This document shows, piece by piece, positions 59,456 through 64,000 of a stretch of DNA of 64,000 bases. The position numbers and the translations under genes were made by a program. The notes under the pieces are model-generated. The model saw only the letters and a list, made by a program, of their open reading frames with translations, was not told the DNA's origin and did no database searches. Source of the DNA: an uncultured bacterium. GTDB taxonomy: Bacteria; Acidobacteriota; Thermoanaerobaculia; Multivoradales; JAHZIX01. Location: contig CBDUPA010000026.1 in NCBI GenBank assembly GCA_965368975.1, positions 5,488 to 69,487 on the forward strand, written 5' to 3'. Position 1 is the first letter of the stretch. Each line of letters starts with the position of its first letter.

Positions 59456-60775
59456 GGAGCGTTGCTGGGCGCGCTCCAGGTAGGCGGCGATCTCGCGCAA
59501 CAGGCCCAAGGTCACCAGTTGCTTCTCGGCGGCGTTGACGAACAGGATCAGGGCCGCCATGACCTCGCGTCCGAGCTGCTGGCCCTGGAAGATGGGCAGC
59601 ATTTCCTGCGCTAGCTGCTGAATGCGCACCACCTCGCCGCGCCGAGCGTAGACCATCGCCAGGTCGAGCGACACGCGGGCGGCTTCGTAGCTCATGTTCA
59701 GCTCGAGGTAGCGTTGCTGTAGCTCCAGGTACTTCTCTTCGGCCTGGTCCAGGCGATCGGCAGCGGCGTCGAGGTCAGCGCCGGCCCAACGCAGCCGCAG
59801 CAGGTTGAGGCGGTCTCCGAGGCGCTCGCACACCTGGATGGCACCGGCGAGTTCACGCTGGGCGTCGGTGTCTCGTCCTTGGGCCATGAAGCAGAGGGAG
59901 AGGTTCTGGCGGGCGCAGACCACGAGCGAGCCCTCGCGCCAGGTGTCGATCTGGTCCAGACCTTGGTAGAGCAGGTCGACGACCGTGTCGAGGTCATCTG
60001 GGTCGCCGTCCACTGCCCGCCAAGCCAGATGTCGTACGACGCCTTGCTGGATGCGCGCGCGGCCGAGCTGGTGGTTATCGGAGGCGGCATCGTAGATGTC
60101 ACTCATAGCGTCGAGCAGCAAGTCGGCTTCTGCGTAGCGTGCCAGGTCGCACAGCAGGGAGACGCGCAAGGACAGCACTTCGGCGCGCAGGTAGGGATCG
60201 AGGCGCTCCTCGGCCGGCGTCGCGGAGTCGAGCAATCTGCGCGCTTCTTCCATCGCCTGCTCGGCGCCCGGCAAGTCGGAGCCGACGCGGCGGGAGTTGG
60301 CCAGGTAGGCCCAGGCGCGTGCCAGCAACCCGGAGCGTAGCCGGCGGTCGTAGTCAGTGGCGTCGAGGCGGCGCGCCACGGTCAAGCCGAGGGTCGCCAT
60401 GTCGACAGCTTGACGGCTGTCGTCGAACCAAGACTGGCGGCACTTCTCGAGCAGCATCTCGGCCAGCAGGTAGCTGCTGAAGCGTTCGTCGGCTCGAGCT
60501 AGCTGCAGCCGTACCTCGGACGGGCAGGCGAGTAGTTCAGCGTAGAGGACCGGCGCCAGAGAGCGGTCGCGGGCGGCAAGATCCTTGCCGTTGTGCAGGC
60601 GTTCCGTGACGTGCTCGATCGCCTGCCGGTAGTCTTCGTTGTCCCAGGCCGAGGCAGTCCGGTTCGACAGCTCGACCAGGTCGTCTTCGGAGTCTGTTTC
60701 CTGCTGTACCCAGGGGAAGGCCAGAACGCGTGCTTGGCCGGAATTAGAGTCGGACATGTCGGGTCTCCGCGTCAA
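59438..60775 (-). CDS. Helical-repeat (TPR-like) protein of unknown function
   Basis: 445-aa ORF rich in Leu/Ala/Arg helix-pair-like repeats. No TM segment or signal peptide. Confidence 0.6.
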   Translation of the reverse strand: MTRRPDMSDSNSGQARVLAFPWVQQETDSEDDLVELSNRTASAWDNEDYRQAIEHVTERLHNGKDLAARDRSLAPVLYAELLACPSEVRLQLARADERFSSYLLAEMLLEKCRQSWFDDSRQAVDMATLGLTVARRLDATDYDRRLRSGLLARAWAYLANSRRVGSDLPGAEQAMEEARRLLDSATPAEERLDPYLRAEVLSLRVSLLCDLARYAEADLLLDAMSDIYDAASDNHQLGRARIQQGVVRHLAWRAVDGDPDDLDTVVDLLYQGLDQIDTWREGSLVVCARQNLSLCFMAQGRDTDAQRELAGAIQVCERLGDRLNLLRLRWAGADLDAAADRLDQAEEKYLELQQRYLELNMSYEAARVSLDLAMVYARRGEVVRIQQLAQEMLPIFQGQQLGREVMAALILFVNAAEKQLVTLGLLREIAAYLERAQQRSETQPI

Positions 60776-60914
60776 TCCCTACGATTCGACTGGAACGTGC
60801 ATCAAATGTCAAACGGGCGGCCAAGATGTCGAGGGCCCGCGGTTTAGGATCGAGCCCAGCGCCGGGCAGCCAAGGTCACCGTGGAGGCCTCGGGGCGCGG
60901 CAGCTCCAGTGCCT

Positions 60915-61328
60915 TCATGGCGGCACCGCCCCGTTGGGATCGATCACCGAACCTCTCTCGTCCACCGGTTCGCCGGGAGGATCCGGCTCTGGATTCAGTG
61001 GGTCGGAGCCGATTGTTGCTGCGTCGCCGCTTTCTGGGTCGATACCATCCGGATCGGAACTCCCTGACGCGAGGCTGCTGCTGGAGACGTTCTCTGTTGT
61101 TGGTTGGCTGTCGTCGGCACCGTTCCACCAGTAGTGCCAGAGTCTCTGCAATAGGTCGGCCCAGGTGTCCTGCGCAACCGTCTGTATCTCGATGCCCGCC
61201 TGTGTCGGCGCCGGGTTGCGGGCGCTTGCCGCCGCTGGCCAGACCAGCGTTAGCAGCAGCAGGCAGGCGAGCCAGCCGGAGCGGTGACGTGGGGACGGAT
61301 GGTGTTCGGATGTCGGTTTCTCGGGCAT
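60915..61328 (-). CDS. Small secreted acidic, Pro/Asp/Ser-rich protein (hypothetical)
   Basis: Signal-peptide-like WLACLLLLTLVWPAAASA and a purine-rich stretch before the ATG. Composition is low-complexity, so the call is tentative. Confidence 0.4.
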   Translation of the reverse strand: MPEKPTSEHHPSPRHRSGWLACLLLLTLVWPAAASARNPAPTQAGIEIQTVAQDTWADLLQRLWHYWWNGADDSQPTTENVSSSSLASGSSDPDGIDPESGDAATIGSDPLNPEPDPPGEPVDERGSVIDPNGAVPP

Positions 61329-61555
61329 GCTGGCTCTTCTTGAATGTCGTTGTCTCAGTGCATGCTACTGTTTGCAGGATTGAGTTTAGTCTCTTCGGAG
61401 TCGTTTGTGAAGTGGATGAGAGACTCAGACTCGCAACTGGGCGGAGCTTGTGGGCAAAGCCATCGCGGCAAGAGCCCAAGGGCGCAAGAGCCCTGAGGGG
61501 GGAAGAGCGAGGGTGGAAGTGCCGGCGAGTTGGGAGAGGAAGGGTAGGGCGGGCG

Positions 61556-62395
61556 TCAGGACACCAACTCACGTGCCCGTCGCGTGGCTTCGACGACCGC
61601 CTTGATCAGCGTCACGCGCAAGCCCCCTTCTTCGAGGGTCAGGAGCCCGTCGATCGTGCAGCCGGCCGGGGTCGTGACGGCGTCTTTGAGCACCGCGGGA
61701 TGGTGCCCGGTTTCGAGCACCATGCGCGCGGCCCCGAGACAGGTCTGGGCCGCCAGCTCGGTCGCGACGCCGCGTGGCAAGCCGACCTTGACGCCGCCTT
61801 CCGCCAGCGCCTCGATCATCACGTAGATGAACGCCGGGCCGCTGCCGGACAGGCCGGTGACGGCGTCGAAGTACTTCTCGTCGAGGGCCACCGTGCGGCC
61901 GAGTTGCTCGAACACGTGGGCCACCGTCGCGAGGTCGTCGTCGTCCGCTGCGCGTCCCTTGCACACGGCGGTCATGCCGGCACCCAACAAGCTCGGCGTG
62001 TTGGGCATGGCGCGCACCACCGGCACGCGCTCGGACAAGCGCTCCTCGAGGTAGGCGCAAGAGACGCCGGCCAGGATCGACACCAGCACCTGGTTTGGTC
62101 CGAGCGTCGGGCTCAACTCGGCACAGACGGCGTCGGCGGTCTGCGGTTTGGTACACAGGAGGATGAGGTCCGCCCCTTGCACCGCAGCGTGGTTGTCCGG
62201 CGCGATCTCGATGCCGAGCTCGTCGGCCAGTTTGCCCAGTCGCTGTGCACGTCGCGCGGTGGCGACGACGCGCTCCGGTGTCACGACACCTTCGCGCAGG
62301 AGCACGCGGATCAGCGTCTCGCCCATGCGTCCGGTGCCGATCACCGCCAGGCGTTGAATGTCACGGGCCTTGCCGGTCGAAGCCTCCTGGGTCAT
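61556..62395 (-). CDS. proC: Pyrroline-5-carboxylate reductase
   Basis: LAVIGTGRMGETL Rossmann motif, plus GSGPAFIYVMIEALAEGGVKVGLPR and VTTPAGCTIDGL. Its start makes an ATGA overlap with the upstream gene stop. The ORF-track N-terminal extension is rejected. Confidence 0.9.
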   Translation of the reverse strand: MTQEASTGKARDIQRLAVIGTGRMGETLIRVLLREGVVTPERVVATARRAQRLGKLADELGIEIAPDNHAAVQGADLILLCTKPQTADAVCAELSPTLGPNQVLVSILAGVSCAYLEERLSERVPVVRAMPNTPSLLGAGMTAVCKGRAADDDDLATVAHVFEQLGRTVALDEKYFDAVTGLSGSGPAFIYVMIEALAEGGVKVGLPRGVATELAAQTCLGAARMVLETGHHPAVLKDAVTTPAGCTIDGLLTLEEGGLRVTLIKAVVEATRRARELVS

Positions 62396-63315
62396 GGCGT
62401 TCTCCGTGGCAGCATGGCCCGGAAGACATGCCCGGCGATCTCGGGGTTCTCGCGTAGCCGGCGCATCGAGTAGGGGTGCCAGTCGATGCCATACGGCACG
62501 TAGACTCGCAGTCGGTGGCCGCCGGCGATGAGGATGCGGCGCAGCTGGACGTCGACGCCGTAGAGCATCTGGAACTCGTAGCGATCCTTGGGCAGGCCGA
62601 GTTCGTCGACCAGGGCGCAGGCGGCACAGGCGAGGTATTCGTCGTGCGTCGCGATGCCGACGTAGATGCCGCAGCGGAAGAGCTTCTTCAGCGCTTCGAC
62701 GAAGTTGAGGCGTACCGTCTCGTAGCCCTTCCAGGCGACGTCCCGGGGCTCGATGTAGATGCCTTTGCACAGGCGGACGTTGGCGTCCTCGGGCAGGCTG
62801 GCGATGTCGTCGAGGGTGCGTCGCATGTAGGCTTGCAACACAACGCCGACGTTGTCGAAGCCTTCGGCGCGCAACTGGTGGTAGATGCGCAGCGTCGCAT
62901 CGGTGGTCGTGCGATCCTCCATGTCGATGCGCACGAAGTTGCCGTGCCCGGCCGCGACTTCGACGATGCGCCGCAGGTTGTCGCGGCAGAAGTTCTCGTC
63001 GAGGTTGAGGCCGAGCATGGTCGGCTTGACGGACACGTTGCCGTCGAGCGAGGTCTTGCCCGCGTCGAGCCCCTTTTCGAGCGCCTCCAGCACCTCGACA
63101 TAGGCGTCGACGGCGGCGCGTGCCTTGCCGCGCTCGTGAACCTCCTCCCCGAGGACGTCGACGGTGGTCATCGCCCCTTCGGCGTTGAGGGCCTGCACAG
63201 CCCGCATGGCGTCGTCGAGGGTCTCTCCGGCGACATAGCGGGCGGCGAAGCGACCGACGATGAATTTGGGGACCAGCGGCAGCGTGGTGACCAGGACGCG
63301 ATTGAACAAAGACAT
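62392..63315 (-). CDS. Proline dehydrogenase (monofunctional PRODH family)
   Basis: FIVGRFAARYVAGETLDDAM...TTVDVLGEEV...VSVKPTMLGL...FVRIDMED...LCKGIY follows the PRODH TIM-barrel pattern. Confidence 0.85.
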   Translation of the reverse strand: MSLFNRVLVTTLPLVPKFIVGRFAARYVAGETLDDAMRAVQALNAEGAMTTVDVLGEEVHERGKARAAVDAYVEVLEALEKGLDAGKTSLDGNVSVKPTMLGLNLDENFCRDNLRRIVEVAAGHGNFVRIDMEDRTTTDATLRIYHQLRAEGFDNVGVVLQAYMRRTLDDIASLPEDANVRLCKGIYIEPRDVAWKGYETVRLNFVEALKKLFRCGIYVGIATHDEYLACAACALVDELGLPKDRYEFQMLYGVDVQLRRILIAGGHRLRVYVPYGIDWHPYSMRRLRENPEIAGHVFRAMLPRRTP

Positions 63316-63420
63316 GGATGTTTCGTGGTTCCGACCTGCAGCTGCGGCTGGTCAGGTTCCTTGCCTCGGCCTCATGGAGCGGTTGTCAGGACGTTCGAGT
63401 CTGAGAAGAGAGAGCGTACG

Positions 63421-64000
63421 TCAGCCGCCGGCCACCGGCAAGTTCTCGTCGGCGCTGTCGTCGATGTCGACCACCCAGCGCACCGACTTGGCGCACGGGC
63501 AGGAACCAGCGACACGGCGCAGGGCCGGGACGCGGTGCGATGCCTCTTCCGGTGTCAGCTCGCCGGCGTCGACCTGACTCAGCAGGCGCAGGTAGGTCTG
63601 GAAGTCGCTGCTCGCCAGGTACGACTCGGGCAGCTGCGCGGCCATGTATTCGCGGTAGCTGTCGAGATCGTCGAAGCGCTCTCCGTCGAGGCCGACCATG
63701 GTGAAAGCCGGCACACCGCGGCGGCGGTAGAAATTCTTGTGCGGCAGCTGCAGCAGGTCTTCCGGCTTGACGCCCTCGACCACCTCGCCGTTTTCCAGCC
63801 GCTCCATGGCCGTGTGCGCCTCGTTGAGGCCGAGCTTCGGCAGGCGTGCGCGCAGGTACCGCATGTTCAAGTCGTGCAGGACCTTGGCGCACTCTTCATA
63901 GTACTGGTCCTGAGCCTCGGCGTTCTTCATCGGCTTGAGGCCCAGGCGTACGTTTGAGCTGCCGCCCCGCTCGTCACCGAACATCTCGAGGCCGCGCGGC
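63421..64000 (-). CDS. Hypothetical protein, possibly 5'-truncated by the window edge
   Basis: The frame stays open from the stop at 63421 to base 64000. An ATG exists at 63984 but the true start may lie outside the window. No motif recognised. Confidence 0.5.
   Translation of the reverse strand, partial: PRGLEMFGDERGGSSNVRLGLKPMKNAEAQDQYYEECAKVLHDLNMRYLRARLPKLGLNEAHTAMERLENGEVVEGVKPEDLLQLPHKNFYRRRGVPAFTMVGLDGERFDDLDSYREYMAAQLPESYLASSDFQTYLRLLSQVDAGELTPEEASHRVPALRRVAGSCPCAKSVRWVVDIDDSADENLPVAGG

Noticed and set aside
61381-61440. Possible terminator hairpin after proC
   Set aside because: Only a 7-bp core (AGTCTCT/AGAGACT) pairs cleanly, the loop is 24 nt, and there is no U-tract on the minus strand.
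60881-62473. 530-aa plus-strand ORF overlapping proC and the small secreted-protein gene
   Set aside because: It is antisense to a clearly recognisable proC gene. The translation is low-complexity and Arg/Gly/Ala-rich, which is typical of spurious ORFs in high-G+C DNA.
63421-64000. Attempt to name the partial gene (KamA-like aminomutase, DUF1338/HglS-like, and others)
   Set aside because: I could not find any diagnostic motif (no CxxxCxxC, no PLP or metal motif) in the visible 190 residues. Naming it would be invention.

Overview
Gene-dense chromosomal segment from a high-G+C bacterium. G+C looks like roughly two-thirds by eye (not computed). Tat/lipoprotein signals and outer-membrane-type proteins suggest a Gram-negative-type envelope. 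I cannot assign a lineage from sequence alone. I saw no rRNA, tRNA, CRISPR array, transposase, integrase or phage genes. Gene order: (1) the 3' end of a DEAD-box helicase gene and a vapBC toxin-antitoxin cassette bracketed by two related terminator-containing direct repeats. (2) A patch of secreted-protein genes: a Tat-lipoprotein metallophosphoesterase, a trypsin-like protease with a Cys-rich tail, and a PPC-domain protein with a degenerate metzincin motif. It also holds an orphan 76-aa gene with a double-glycine-type leader and a very Cys/Ser/Thr-rich core (RiPP/bacteriocin-like). (3) A tightly coupled minus-strand operon: one ~4,590-aa hybrid NRPS-PKS (truncated C, then A-T-C-A-T-KS-AT-T-C-A-T-R), an MFS exporter, an unknown protein, an O-methyltransferase, kynurenine 3-monooxygenase and a CBM9/DUF5916-like protein. 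(4) Housekeeping genes: a SpeE-like methyltransferase-fold protein, an ABC-F ATPase, GlnRS with a YqeY/GatB-like C-terminal domain, and a LOG/TIGR00725-like protein. (5) The most unusual region (33.8-51.3 kb), a divergent eight-gene envelope locus. One arm has a GATM-family amidinotransferase plus three tandem ~860-aa GT-C/YfhO-like membrane paralogs. The other arm has a UbiA-type polyprenyl-phosphate phosphoribosyltransferase, a multi-TM/spermidine-synthase-like fusion, a protein with a CPBP protease domain, and a TPM-domain coiled-coil protein. (6) A large unknown protein, a sulfatase-like/TPR lipoprotein, an RCK-gated K+ channel and an S4-domain protein. (7) A CarH-type B12 photoreceptor repressor gene that looks leaderless. 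Its promoter region carries three 11-bp phased direct repeats and a divergent promoter-to-terminator unit that may encode a ~220-nt sRNA. (8) A TPR-like protein, a small secreted protein, translationally coupled proline dehydrogenase/proC, and a partial unknown gene. Short tandem duplications (12-18 bp units) recur throughout. All domain calls rest on motifs read by eye; no database searches were run.
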